Shown here: one piece after another, positions 31,631 through 41,801 of the stretch
Layout of the letters: each line of letters begins with the position of its first letter
Numbering within the stretch: the first letter of the stretch is position 1
Source of the DNA: Candidatus Cloacimonadales bacterium
GTDB taxonomy: Bacteria > Cloacimonadota > Cloacimonadia > Cloacimonadales > JAFGVF01
Reading direction: 5' to 3'
Assembly: GCA_963667035.1 (NCBI GenBank)
Contig: OY762964.1
Span: 576,001 to 640,000 of the forward strand
Length of the DNA: 64,000 nt
Position numbers and translations under genes: made by a program
Notes under the pieces: model-generated
Database searches by the model: none
Seen by the model: the letters and a program-made list of their open reading frames with translations, nothing else
What the model was told of the DNA's origin: nothing

Positions 31631-32047
31631 TCAGTCTATTTGATTACCATAAATATACCATCTTCCACCTTCTTTATGAAGGTAAGATAGATTTCCAAAA
31701 GTCAAGGGCTCTTGGTATATCTCTTCAGATTCGCCTGTAAATGTTACTATAAAGCTTACTTCTGCGAAGTTATCTCCAACACTGTTTATTTCCAAGTTAT
31801 CGAAAGTGAGTTGAGAATAGTTTTCTCTTTTATCTCTCCACCAGTCTTCTTCAGTCCAGATTGTTCTGCCGTTATGCATAAAATCATCTGAGTATTTATC
31901 ATAGATATCGTCCAACTCATACAGTAAGAAATCATAACTAATCTGGTTATAGAATTCTTTGATATTATAGTTGTCTGCTTCTTTTGGCTTTGATACATCG
32001 CATCCTGCGATTGATAATATGACTAATAATATGAGGATGTATTTCAT
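31631..32047 (-). CDS. Hypothetical lipoprotein (possibly NTF2-like)
   Basis: Start at 32047 (ATGA overlap with rlmD); MKYILILLVILSIAGC lipobox; ends KEGGRWYI. Confidence 0.7.
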   Translation of the reverse strand: MKYILILLVILSIAGCDVSKPKEADNYNIKEFYNQISYDFLLYELDDIYDKYSDDFMHNGRTIWTEEDWWRDKRENYSQLTFDNLEINSVGDNFAEVSFIVTFTGESEEIYQEPLTFGNLSYLHKEGGRWYIYGNQID

Positions 32048-33369
32048 TTTCTTTCCAATACTATTATGTTTTCTATATGCCAAGTATATGGGAACATATC
32101 AAATGGTTGAATATCTTTTATTATGTATCCTTCTTCAAGAAATTGCTTTAAATCTCTTACTTGAGTTGATGGATTACAACTGATGTATATAATGTTTTTA
32201 ACTCCCAGACCTGATGTAGCTGATATTATGGACTTAGTCATTCCTTTTCTGGGTGGGTCGAAAATAATTGTATCCGGGGTGGTTTTTTTGAATATCTCAG
32301 GGAGGACAGATTCTACATCTCCACAGTAATAATGGCAATTGGACATGTTATTTCTTTCTGCATTCTCTTTTGCATCTTTTACTGCTTCTTCAACTGATTC
32401 AATACCAATAATCTCTTTGCATAGATCACTTAATGCAATACCAATGCTTCCGGTACCGCAATATGCATCAATTACTACAGAATCTTTGGTAAGATATTCA
32501 GAGACATACCTAAGCATTGCTTCTGCTTGAGGAGTGTTTACTTGGAAAAATGATTGATAGTTAATTCTGAATGTTTTACCGCAGAGTATATCGTACAAGT
32601 ATGGCACACCGTATAGAATTTTCTCTTGCTCCCCCAGAATCCTGTTACCGTTTGTAGGATTAATATTCTGTATTATCCCCTTTACTTGAGGGAATTCATC
32701 TGTTAGACGCTTTACCAGTTGCTTTGTGAAAGGTAGTTTAGAGGATTTAGTAACTAGTATGATAAGCAATTCTTCGGTAACTTCTGAATATCGGATTCCA
32801 ACATGCCTTAACAGACCACTCTGCTTCTTTTCATCATAAATCTTTACTTTTGCAGAGATAATGTAATCTTTAATCACATCCATTATTCGTTTATATAGGG
32901 GAGGGTGAAGTAAACAATCTTCGTGCTCAATGACATCATGACTTTGATTGGCAAACATCCCTATCAATGGAGAGTCTGTTGTTCCTCCAACAGGCATGAA
33001 GCTCTTGTTGCGATAATATCTTTCCTGAGGAGAAGGTGAAACCGATTTCACATGAAAGTCTATATCTCTGAATAATTCTCTGATAATGGTTGTTTTATAT
33101 TCTATCTGTTTAGCGTATTCAAGGTGAGACCAATTACAACCGCCGCATTTAGAAAATGCTGTGCATTCAGGTTCAATATAATCCGGAGAATGTGATACAT
33201 ACTTGTTAATCTCAGCAAAAAGAGATCTCTTCTTTGTGTACTTTACCTTGACATCAACTATGTCTCCGGGAAGTGCAGAAGGGACAAAAACGCTTTGTCC
33301 CTCCCAAAATCCGAGACCATAGCCACCGAATACCGGCTTTTCTATCTTTAAACTTTTAATGTTTTTCAT
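32044..33369 (-). CDS. rlmD: 23S rRNA (uracil-C5)-methyltransferase
   Basis: TRAM domain, C...CGGC Fe-S motif, SFFQVN, DAYCGTG, DPPRKG, YISCNP, DMFPYTWHIE. Confidence 0.93.
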   Translation of the reverse strand: MKNIKSLKIEKPVFGGYGLGFWEGQSVFVPSALPGDIVDVKVKYTKKRSLFAEINKYVSHSPDYIEPECTAFSKCGGCNWSHLEYAKQIEYKTTIIRELFRDIDFHVKSVSPSPQERYYRNKSFMPVGGTTDSPLIGMFANQSHDVIEHEDCLLHPPLYKRIMDVIKDYIISAKVKIYDEKKQSGLLRHVGIRYSEVTEELLIILVTKSSKLPFTKQLVKRLTDEFPQVKGIIQNINPTNGNRILGEQEKILYGVPYLYDILCGKTFRINYQSFFQVNTPQAEAMLRYVSEYLTKDSVVIDAYCGTGSIGIALSDLCKEIIGIESVEEAVKDAKENAERNNMSNCHYYCGDVESVLPEIFKKTTPDTIIFDPPRKGMTKSIISATSGLGVKNIIYISCNPSTQVRDLKQFLEEGYIIKDIQPFDMFPYTWHIENIIVLERK

Positions 33370-34077
33370 TTATCCTTTGATTGGCATAAACCTTATTTTC
33401 CAAACATTCCAGATTGCTTCGTAGACAATTTCGGAAGACATCTTAGATTGACCGTCTCTTCTTTCTGTGAATACTATTGGCATTTCTTTTATTCTGAACT
33501 TCTTCTGCCAGGCTCTATATTTCATTTCAATTTGGAATGAGTATCCATCAGATATTATTGAATCAAAATCTATGCTTTCAAGTACTTCTCTTCTATAGCA
33601 CTTAAAACCCGCTGTAGGGTCTTTGAAAGGCATTCCGGTTATTGCCCTAACATACCAAGAAGCAAAATAACTCAGTAACAATCTTTTAAAAGGCCAGTTC
33701 ACAACATTAATACCATCGCAATAACGAGAACCGATAATCAAGTCTTTATGCTCAATCTCTTTAAGCATTCTTAGAATATCATCCGGATTATGCGAGAAGT
33801 CAGCGTCCATCTCAACAATGAAATCGTATCCATGTTCAAGTGCATACTTAAAACCGGCAATGTAAGCAGTTCCCAGTCCTTGTTTACCCTTTCTCTTCAT
33901 CAGGTGTAAACGTTGATGGTCGGAAAGTAGTTGCTCAACAAGTTTTCCTGTTCCGTCAGGGGAGTTGTCATCGACTATCAATATCTCTAATTCATCATTT
34001 AGATTTAGAACATAGTCAATGATTTTGGGAGCATTCTCTATCTCATTATATGTTGGTATTATTATTAAAGTACTCAT
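33370..34077 (-). CDS. Polyprenol-phosphate mannose synthase-like GT2 glycosyltransferase
   Basis: IIPTYNE, VDDNSPDGTG, GLGTAY, MDADFSH, GYSFQIE. Confidence 0.92.
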   Translation of the reverse strand: MSTLIIIPTYNEIENAPKIIDYVLNLNDELEILIVDDNSPDGTGKLVEQLLSDHQRLHLMKRKGKQGLGTAYIAGFKYALEHGYDFIVEMDADFSHNPDDILRMLKEIEHKDLIIGSRYCDGINVVNWPFKRLLLSYFASWYVRAITGMPFKDPTAGFKCYRREVLESIDFDSIISDGYSFQIEMKYRAWQKKFRIKEMPIVFTERRDGQSKMSSEIVYEAIWNVWKIRFMPIKG

Positions 34078-34097
34078 TATATCTTCCTTACGAGAGC

Positions 34098-34856
34098 TTA
34101 TTTGTCCAGATTGTTCTCCAGACGTTGTCCCTCTAAAACATCTCTTATCTCTCTAGACGGATGGCCAAGATAAAGCTTTCCGGGTGCCGTGTCCTTGCTT
34201 ACAAGAGTTCCTGCAGCAATCTGACTATCCTCACCAATTACTTTTCCGGGAAGTATAGTTGCATTAACTCCAATTCTTCCACCACGTTTTATTGTTACGC
34301 CCTTGAAATGTTCGTAACGCTCTTTATCTCTTGCCATATAGTTATCGTTACTTGTTGCTACGCATGGAGCAACAAAACAATAATCCTCTACTTCAGAGTA
34401 TGCTGTAATGTAAGCATTTGTTTCGAATTTATTTCTGTCACCAATCTTAACAAAATTCTCTATAGTTACATTACGTCCTACTATGTTTAGATTTCCTATT
34501 GTCACATTTTCTCTTACGGTTGCTAAATCTGCTACCAAGTTGTTGTCACCAATGGTTGCTTGACAATATATCACAACATTAGCTCCAATCTGACAGAGTT
34601 TTCCAATTCTAGCCGGTTCCATGTTATCGGCAACTTTGAATATACTTCTTGGTGAACTTAAAGGTCTTTTCCCAATTATGGTATTAGCATCAACTCTAAC
34701 ACCTTCACCAATAACACTATTACTATATATTACAACGTTATGTCCAATAAGACAATTATCGCCTATTTCAACGTTATCTTCTATTACTACGTTAAAACCT
34801 AATTTAACATTTTCTCCTATTTTTGCTTTTTGAGAAATATATCCGGTTGTTTGCAT
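34098..34856 (-). CDS. Hexapeptide-repeat (left-handed beta-helix) acyltransferase
   Basis: Many [IV]GxxxxI repeats; IGVNATILPG; ATG 34856 after GGAGG. Confidence 0.88.
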   Translation of the reverse strand: MQTTGYISQKAKIGENVKLGFNVVIEDNVEIGDNCLIGHNVVIYSNSVIGEGVRVDANTIIGKRPLSSPRSIFKVADNMEPARIGKLCQIGANVVIYCQATIGDNNLVADLATVRENVTIGNLNIVGRNVTIENFVKIGDRNKFETNAYITAYSEVEDYCFVAPCVATSNDNYMARDKERYEHFKGVTIKRGGRIGVNATILPGKVIGEDSQIAAGTLVSKDTAPGKLYLGHPSREIRDVLEGQRLENNLDK

Positions 34857-35059
34857 TAAAGCCTCCAATATGATAATACTTGAACAGAAATTGCGTTACA
34901 CTTTTAGTCAAGAAAATATCTCCTTCAATGACTTGAATAATAAACAATGTGACTCTCTATTCTCTTCAGAAATCAATTAATATGCCTTGTTTGTACAATT
35001 TGATTGACAAACAAATAATTACTATTAACAATCAATACAAACACATATAAGGAGTAACT

Positions 35060-37177
35060 ATGAAAAAGATTGTTTTGTTCTTAATCAGTATCTATCTTAT
35101 TATACCTGTATTTTCTATCTATCATAAGATTGGAGAATATGAGCACCCAAGCAATTTCTCCTATCTAGCTGTTTCCAATGATAGAGGGTATCTGTCATGC
35201 GGTAATGATAGTCTTGTAGTATTAGATGTATCCATTCCTGAGAATCCTCAATTTCGATCAGTATATGATACCGGAATAATCATACATGAATTATGCTTGA
35301 TTGATACTTTATTGTTCATTGGATCGCATGGTTCCGGAGTTCAGATTCTTAATGTGTCTGATTCCCAGAACCCTGTATTACTCAGTGAATATGTAACATC
35401 CGCATATATACGATCAATTAATGTTGTCGGAAATATCGCTTATTTATGTACAATTATGAATGGTATTGAGATAGTCGATGTTTCAGATGTTTACAATCCA
35501 CAGCTAATTAGTAATTATAATAATCTTATTGATGCATATTCGATAAAAATAGTAGGGGATATTGCTTATGTTGCTAACGGTATTCATGGATTAACAGTAC
35601 TGGATATTTCAGAACCACAAGTTCCGCAACTTGTTAGAACTTATCAGACAGATCAATCCTTACACTATGTAGATGTTGAAGGTGATTTGATGTTTCTCGG
35701 TATGCTTTCTATCGGACTGGAAGTATTGAATATTACAGATATAAACAATATTCAACAATTGGATAGATATCAGATATCACAGATAATCTTTCTTGATGTT
35801 CAGGGAGGGTTATGTCATATTGGAGACAGGGAAAAGGGGTTGTTGGTAATTGATTATTCAACACCGGATAATCTAGAGTTAGGTGGTATTTATAACAGTG
35901 CAAGAGATAAGAAATCAATTTGTATCTATGATTATTGCGCATACTTGGTAGATGATAGATCTGACTTAGATATTATAGATATATCAGAACCGGATATTAA
36001 TATTCAGAGAAGCAGTTTCTCCGAGTCTGTATCGGTTAATATAGTTAAATCAATAAATAACGCCACATTCGTTGGAGATGATATCGGAATAAAAGTTTAT
36101 GATCTCGCTGATATCAATAATCCTATACTACTAAACTCAGTTGAAGTGCCTGAAGGTGTAAGAGACTTTTTTATTGATGGTAACATTATTTATTTGGCAT
36201 CACCTCGGAGTGTCTATACATTGAATATTTCTAATTTACAGAATTTGCAGTTAGGCGGTTTTTATCATAATGGTGGTTACGGTGAGATAATATCAATAAT
36301 CTATTCGGATAGTTTGATTTATTATTCTACGACTCATAACGGAATTCGAGTTCTTGATGCAACTAATCCACTATCATTGCAATCAATCTGCTCTCATTTC
36401 AACAATACCCTTATAAATGATATGCAGATTTCAGGAGATATAGTGAAAGCTGCATGCGGTTGGACAGGGTTAGTTACTTTCGATGTATCTAATCCACCTA
36501 TACCTAATCAGGTTTGTCAGTTAGATATTACCGATTATGCTAAGAAGATTGTTCAAAATTCTCAAGTAGTTTACATCGCAACAGGCAAGAACGGTTTAAA
36601 AGTCATTGATACTTCAAACATGTCAGATTGTTATTGTTGTGAAACTATATTGCCAAGAGAAACAAGTAGTATTGATGATTGTTTTATCTATAACAACTGC
36701 CTGATTATTTGTGATAGTAACTGGAATGAAATCAGTATATATGATATCAGTAATCCACTACAACCACGATTAGTTGATTCTTTTCAATGGAATTTACATG
36801 TAAATAATATAGATGTCGAGGATGATATACTGTTCTTAGCCAATGGTTCGAATGGTGTTAGTACTCTTGAATCGGTTTTTCTAACAAACAATCACGAGGA
36901 GATTCAAGAGATACAGAAGTTAATATCATTAAGTAATTTTCCCAATCCCTTCAATCCTGAAACAACAATATCATTTCAGTTAACCAAAAGTTCTTATGTA
37001 ACTCTAAAAGTATACAATATCAAAGGTGAGTTAATAGAAACACTGATTTCAGGAAATGTCCTCGCCGGTAGCCATAGCTATGAATGGAAACCTGAGAATG
37101 TAGCAAGTGGAGTATACTTCTGTAGATTATCTGATGGTAAGAAGACAGTCACTCAAAAGCTAATATTGTTAAAATAG
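35060..37177 (+). CDS. Secreted LVIVD-repeat beta-propeller protein with C-terminal FlgD-Ig/T9SS-A-like domain
   Basis: Repeats of the form G-L-x-I/V-D-V/I-S-x-P-x-N-P; C-terminal NFPNPFNP...ASGVYF...QKLILLK. Confidence 0.88.
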   Translation: MKKIVLFLISIYLIIPVFSIYHKIGEYEHPSNFSYLAVSNDRGYLSCGNDSLVVLDVSIPENPQFRSVYDTGIIIHELCLIDTLLFIGSHGSGVQILNVSDSQNPVLLSEYVTSAYIRSINVVGNIAYLCTIMNGIEIVDVSDVYNPQLISNYNNLIDAYSIKIVGDIAYVANGIHGLTVLDISEPQVPQLVRTYQTDQSLHYVDVEGDLMFLGMLSIGLEVLNITDINNIQQLDRYQISQIIFLDVQGGLCHIGDREKGLLVIDYSTPDNLELGGIYNSARDKKSICIYDYCAYLVDDRSDLDIIDISEPDINIQRSSFSESVSVNIVKSINNATFVGDDIGIKVYDLADINNPILLNSVEVPEGVRDFFIDGNIIYLASPRSVYTLNISNLQNLQLGGFYHNGGYGEIISIIYSDSLIYYSTTHNGIRVLDATNPLSLQSICSHFNNTLINDMQISGDIVKAACGWTGLVTFDVSNPPIPNQVCQLDITDYAKKIVQNSQVVYIATGKNGLKVIDTSNMSDCYCCETILPRETSSIDDCFIYNNCLIICDSNWNEISIYDISNPLQPRLVDSFQWNLHVNNIDVEDDILFLANGSNGVSTLESVFLTNNHEEIQEIQKLISLSNFPNPFNPETTISFQLTKSSYVTLKVYNIKGELIETLISGNVLAGSHSYEWKPENVASGVYFCRLSDGKKTVTQKLILLK

Positions 37178-37217
37178 TGCTAACGGGTTTAACATGATTG
37201 TCATCATTTTAGATCCT

Positions 37218-37340
37218 AACTGTTTTCTCACATTCCATACTCAACCAACGCACTGCGTTTGCACTGTGCAGCCACTATTGAGGCACTGTGCACGCACTGA
37301 AACACCGGGTTGGCAGTGCCTTCACAGTGGGATCACAGTG
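37218..37340 (+). repeat. Dispersed intergenic element, copy 1 (11-bp-phased CACTG x5 / CAGTG x3)
   Basis: CACT(G) at 37251, 37262, 37273, 37284 and 37295; CAGTG at 37314, 37325 and 37336. Homologous to the reverse complement of 47257-47379. Confidence 0.9.
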
Positions 37341-37577
37341 CGAAAAGTGTGCTTTAGTAATTCGTTTAAACAATGTGAAGTAATAATTAATAGTACGATT
37401 CATCTTTATAAACGAATCAATTACTTGCTTCAAAAGGATAGAATGATGATAATTCAGCTTTGTTTATTTTTATTGATAATTATGATAGCACTATGAATAC
37501 CGCATTTAATCGCTAATCAGAACTGTATAATTCAGATATTTAGAAAGGAAAAACAAAAGAGATATTGACAAGAATCA

Positions 37578-37603
37578 GTATACAAACATTCATGTTTGTA
37601 TAC
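37578..37603. promoter_or_regulatory. TetR/AcrR-type operator overlapping the tetR promoter
   Basis: Perfect palindrome GTATACAAACAT-tc-ATGTTTGTATAC just downstream of TTGACA (37565). Confidence 0.88.
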
Positions 37604-37615
37604 AAAGAGGAAGAT

Positions 37616-38257
37616 ATGAGAAGAACTAAAAGTGACGCAGAACAAACAAAGCATGACCTGGTTATGGCAGCACTTAAGCTATTCAGCGAAAATGGTTATT
37701 CAGCTACTAATTTAGCTGATATTGCCAAGCGTGCCGGAACAACCAGAGGTGCAATCTATTGGCACTTTGAAAACAAGGATCATTTATTCTCATATCTTAT
37801 TGAACAAGGCATGAACTATCTATGCAATTATATTGAATATTCATATCAACAGGAAGGCACCTTCCTAGACAGAACCAAAAGATTATTCGTAAGTTTTAGA
37901 GATTTGGATTCCTATGAACTTGCTTTGTTTAATTTCATTAAAGATAATTTCATTCAAGTAAGGAAAATACCATCCGTTCAGAGTATTTTTGAAACTTTTT
38001 ACCAAAGAGCGATTAAAGCATTGAACATCGTTGAAAAGGAAGTTTTAATAGCACAGAAGCATGGTGAGCTTGATGAGAATATTGATTCGGGAGCTTTGAG
38101 TGTTTATATTTTGAACTTTCTTGCATTGATAGGAATCAAGAGCAGTCCTGAGATTGATTTGCGCAATTTAGTGTTGGGAAGAGAAGTTAAGGATTTTTCA
38201 GAGGATTTAATAGATTTTGCATTTAAAGGACTAAATAGTATAAAGAAGAAATCGTAA
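37616..38257 (+). CDS. TetR/AcrR family transcriptional regulator
   Basis: MRRTK...TNLADIAKRAGTTRGAIYWHFENK (AcrR/TtgR-like HTH); ATG 37616 after GAGG. Confidence 0.95.
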   Translation: MRRTKSDAEQTKHDLVMAALKLFSENGYSATNLADIAKRAGTTRGAIYWHFENKDHLFSYLIEQGMNYLCNYIEYSYQQEGTFLDRTKRLFVSFRDLDSYELALFNFIKDNFIQVRKIPSVQSIFETFYQRAIKALNIVEKEVLIAQKHGELDENIDSGALSVYILNFLALIGIKSSPEIDLRNLVLGREVKDFSEDLIDFAFKGLNSIKKKS

Positions 38258-38292
38258 AAGAAATCAGACTTTTGCGACTATTTTTTTATCCC

Positions 38293-38316
38293 TATACAAA
38301 CATTCGTGTATGTATA
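38293..38316. promoter_or_regulatory. Second TetR operator upstream of the RND operon
   Basis: TATACAAACAT-tc-GTGTATGTATA, a near copy of the 37578 palindrome, overlapping TATAAT. Confidence 0.85.
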
Positions 38317-38346
38317 TAATGAGAATATTTGATAAATGGAGGAAAG

Positions 38347-41300
38347 ATGTTTCTATCGAAAATTGCGATAGATAGACCTGTGACGACCTGGGTATTTGTT
38401 ATTGTGCTTGTACTCATGGGATTACTAGCTTATCAATCAATTCCGCTAAGCTTAGCACCGGAAACTAATCTACCCGTGGTTTCTGTACAGATTGTTTATC
38501 CTGGTGCAGGTGCGGAAGAGATTCAAAACAATATTACGAAGAAAGTTGAAGATGAAGTTGCAACAATCAGTGATTTGGATTACTTCAATTCCTATGTTAT
38601 GGAAGGAGCTTCCGTAACTACTTTGATTTTTAAGACTTCTAAAGACGAGAATGTAGCTGTTAGAGAAGTTAAGGATAAAATTGAGCTAATTGCAAACGAT
38701 TTACCTGACGATGCTTATGAACCTGAGATTTCCAAGTTCGATATAGCATCTGAACCAATTATGACTTATTCTATGATAACTTCTTTATCTCCTGCTGATG
38801 CAAATGATTTTGCTGAGAACAATCTTGAACCAAGACTCTCAAGAATTACAGGTGTAGCGGAAATAGATCTCACCGGTGCTAATGAGAGAGAAATACAGGT
38901 AGTTCTAAATAGGAAACAGCTTAGTAAATACGGATTATCTCCATTGCAGCTAGTAAGCTTTCTGCAAATGAATAATATGAACCTTCCAGGCGGTAGTATC
39001 AGAAAAAACGGACATGAATACAGTGTAAAATATGAAGGTGAGTTTAAATCACTGAACGATATAGCTGATATTCAAGTTCCTACACCTAAAGGAAACAGAC
39101 ATTTAAGTGAACTTGCCGAAATCAGAGAGACAAGTAAGAAACCTCAGGACTTAAGTAGATTTCACGATTCACAGAGTTCATTGGAAGGTGAAAACCTTAC
39201 AGTTATCAATATGGGTGTCATCAAGCTTAACTCAGCTAATGTTGTGAAAGTGGCCGAACAGGTGAGAGCTGATATGGAACAGCTTAAAAAAGAGTTACCT
39301 GATAACATTGATATTATTCTGGCAGAGGATAGTTCAACTTTCGTTAAGAACTCCGTTAGAGATACACTCTCATCAATATACATGGGTATTATATTCACAG
39401 CCCTTGTGCTATTATTATTCTTACACGATTTGAGAAGTACATTCGTTGTTGCTATCTCAATGCCGGTAGTGTTAATAGCAACATTCATGCTCGTGAATGG
39501 AGCAGGATTCACTCTCAATATCATGTCATTAATGGCTATGAGTGTATCGGTGGGAACGCTAGTTACGAACTCGGTTGTGATTCTGGAGAATATTGACAGA
39601 TACATTAAGATGGGAATGAATAAAATTGAAGCTTCAAATAAAGGGACATCAGAGATTGCAGTTGCCGTTATAGCTTCAACAGTTACTAACATCGTTGTGT
39701 TTGTGCCAATTGCTACAATGCAATCAATGGTTGGATCTATCTTTAAAGAATTCGGGCTTACAGTTGTGTTTATAATGGTACTTTCAATCATAATCAGTTT
39801 TACTCTTACACCAATGCTTGCATCTCAAATCATTAAAGTGAAGGGTAAGAAATCTAAGAACAGTTTTGGAAAGAGATTTGAAGATGGATTTGAAAAACTT
39901 GCTGTGTCATACAAGAACTCGGTTAAATGGGTTGTTTCTTCACCTGCTAAGAGATTCTCGGTTATTATCTTCTCTATATTGATTCTTGTTCTTGTTGCAG
40001 TAACACTAGGAAAAGGGATAGGAACCGAATTCGTACCTTATGTTGATGATGGTGTTATTCAAGTTACTGCTGAATTCCCTGCTTATTATGATTTGGATAA
40101 AACATCCGATAAGTTCATGGAAATGGAAAAAATAATAACTTCTCATGATGAAGTAGATAAAGTTATCGTTAATATTGGTTCTCTTGACATGACTGAAGGT
40201 GTATATGTCGGAAAGATTCGTATCTTCTTGAAGAAGGATAGAGAACAAACCACAACAAGTATAGCTAGAATAATGACTCAAGAACTCTCTGCTATTCCTG
40301 ACGGATTGATTAAAGTTGCGGAAGTATCTCAATTTGAGACGCCTAGTAAACCTATTCAATTTGATATAATGGGAACTGATCTTGAAGAAGTTAGGAAGCT
40401 TACTCAGCAAGTATTTGAAATTGCAGGAAATGTAGAAGGAGCACTTAACGTGGATACTGATATTCGTGCAGGTAAGCCGGAATACAAGTTTGTTCCCGAT
40501 AGAAAGAAACTTGCTGATGCAGGTGTAAATGTTTATGACATTGCAATGACTCTTAGGACCACAATTGAGGGTGTTGAATCTTCAACTTACCGCATTAATG
40601 GTGAAGAGTATGATATCAGAGTATTGCTTGATAATCAGAATATAAATGATGAAGATAAGCTAAGAGATATTCCTATCCTTACATCCCTCGGAGAGAAACA
40701 TCTTTCTGATTTGGGAAAAGTGGAACTCACCGAAGCTCCTACAATGATTTATAGAAAGAATAAGCTTATCATGCATTCAGTAACCGCTAGTATTGGTAGT
40801 AGAACACTTGGTGATATCGTGGGAGATATACAAAAAGGTATAGATGAAAAGATTACTATACCAAGCGAGTTCAAGATTGAGCAAGGTGGCGACGCTAAGC
40901 TTCAAAACGAAGCTATGGTTGATTTATCTCGTGCTTTCTTGATTGCTCTTGTACTTACTTTCCTTCTTATTGTGGCAATCTTGGAATCATGGAGTCAAGG
41001 TGTTATTATCATGACAACTATCCCTCTTTCGTTGATAGGTGTTATAACAGGACTCTCCATGTTTGGCGTTGCCTTAAACATCTTTGCGATGATGGCGGTG
41101 GTTATGCTAATCGGTATTGTTGTGAATAACGCTATTATCATTCTGGACTACACTAACCATCTTCACAGAAGCGGACTTGATAAAGTATCTGCTATCCTTG
41201 AAGCATCACATACAAAGCTGAGAGCTATTGTTATGGCTACATTAGCATCAGTACTTGGTATGTTACCTCTTGCTCTGGGATTGGGTGCCGGTGCAGAGTT

Positions 41301-41424
41301 GCGTCAAGGTGTTGGTGTTGTATCAATGGGAGGTTTGTTAACTTCAGCGATACTCACATTGTATGTGATACCTGTAATATATGTTCAATTCACTAAAAAG
41401 AAAATAGTTAATACGGAGGTCTGA
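38347..41424 (+). CDS. RND efflux permease (AcrB/HAE family)
   Basis: IDRPV, YPGAGAEE, SVVILENI, LTPML, GIVVNNAII, LRAIVMAT. Confidence 0.95.
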   Translation: MFLSKIAIDRPVTTWVFVIVLVLMGLLAYQSIPLSLAPETNLPVVSVQIVYPGAGAEEIQNNITKKVEDEVATISDLDYFNSYVMEGASVTTLIFKTSKDENVAVREVKDKIELIANDLPDDAYEPEISKFDIASEPIMTYSMITSLSPADANDFAENNLEPRLSRITGVAEIDLTGANEREIQVVLNRKQLSKYGLSPLQLVSFLQMNNMNLPGGSIRKNGHEYSVKYEGEFKSLNDIADIQVPTPKGNRHLSELAEIRETSKKPQDLSRFHDSQSSLEGENLTVINMGVIKLNSANVVKVAEQVRADMEQLKKELPDNIDIILAEDSSTFVKNSVRDTLSSIYMGIIFTALVLLLFLHDLRSTFVVAISMPVVLIATFMLVNGAGFTLNIMSLMAMSVSVGTLVTNSVVILENIDRYIKMGMNKIEASNKGTSEIAVAVIASTVTNIVVFVPIATMQSMVGSIFKEFGLTVVFIMVLSIIISFTLTPMLASQIIKVKGKKSKNSFGKRFEDGFEKLAVSYKNSVKWVVSSPAKRFSVIIFSILILVLVAVTLGKGIGTEFVPYVDDGVIQVTAEFPAYYDLDKTSDKFMEMEKIITSHDEVDKVIVNIGSLDMTEGVYVGKIRIFLKKDREQTTTSIARIMTQELSAIPDGLIKVAEVSQFETPSKPIQFDIMGTDLEEVRKLTQQVFEIAGNVEGALNVDTDIRAGKPEYKFVPDRKKLADAGVNVYDIAMTLRTTIEGVESSTYRINGEEYDIRVLLDNQNINDEDKLRDIPILTSLGEKHLSDLGKVELTEAPTMIYRKNKLIMHSVTASIGSRTLGDIVGDIQKGIDEKITIPSEFKIEQGGDAKLQNEAMVDLSRAFLIALVLTFLLIVAILESWSQGVIIMTTIPLSLIGVITGLSMFGVALNIFAMMAVVMLIGIVVNNAIIILDYTNHLHRSGLDKVSAILEASHTKLRAIVMATLASVLGMLPLALGLGAGAELRQGVGVVSMGGLLTSAILTLYVIPVIYVQFTKKKIVNTEV

Positions 41425-41801
41425 TGTATACCCTACAAGAAACTCTAAATTTTCATGCTTCCCATCAGATTAAGATTAATGATGAACACGAAAGCATTAT
41501 GCATACACATCAGTGGTATGTTAGAATTACGGTTGGATTTACTGAACTTGATAAATACGGTATAAGTATGGAGTTTAACTACTTTCAGAATCAAGTTAGA
41601 GATATAATAAATCATTTCGATAACAGTCTCTTGAATGACCTTAAAGATTTTGAACATGAACAGCCTACTGTTGAGAACGTAGCTAGAATCATGTTTGAGA
41701 AGTTTGCTCATGATATAAACACAGATAACAAGAAGATTCATAAAGTGGAACTGTGGGTTAATCCAAGCAGAGTCATTTCATATAATGGTCAGGGGGCATA
41801 A
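41424..41801 (+). CDS. QueD/6-pyruvoyl-tetrahydropterin synthase-like T-fold protein with non-canonical active site
   Basis: F-x-A-S-H, H-T-H, GISMEF, LLND, PTVENVA; start and stop overlap both neighbours. Confidence 0.85.
   Translation: MYTLQETLNFHASHQIKINDEHESIMHTHQWYVRITVGFTELDKYGISMEFNYFQNQVRDIINHFDNSLLNDLKDFEHEQPTVENVARIMFEKFAHDINTDNKKIHKVELWVNPSRVISYNGQGA

Noticed and set aside
37251..37340. CRISPR array interpretation of the periodic repeats
   Set aside because: Units are 5-bp boxes with 6-bp spacers, far below CRISPR dimensions, and no cas genes are in the window
37194..37496. 100-aa ORF (and the similar 76-aa ORF at 47284-47514, minus)
   Set aside because: Their shared peptides (THCxCTVQ, TETPG) come from the DNA repeat. 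An 11-bp period is incompatible with codon phase, and starts and stops are not shared.
39162..39791. Long antisense ORFs inside real genes (e.g. 209 aa here, 149 aa at 2759-3208)
   Set aside because: Shadow ORFs opposite well-supported genes, with no motifs or RBS
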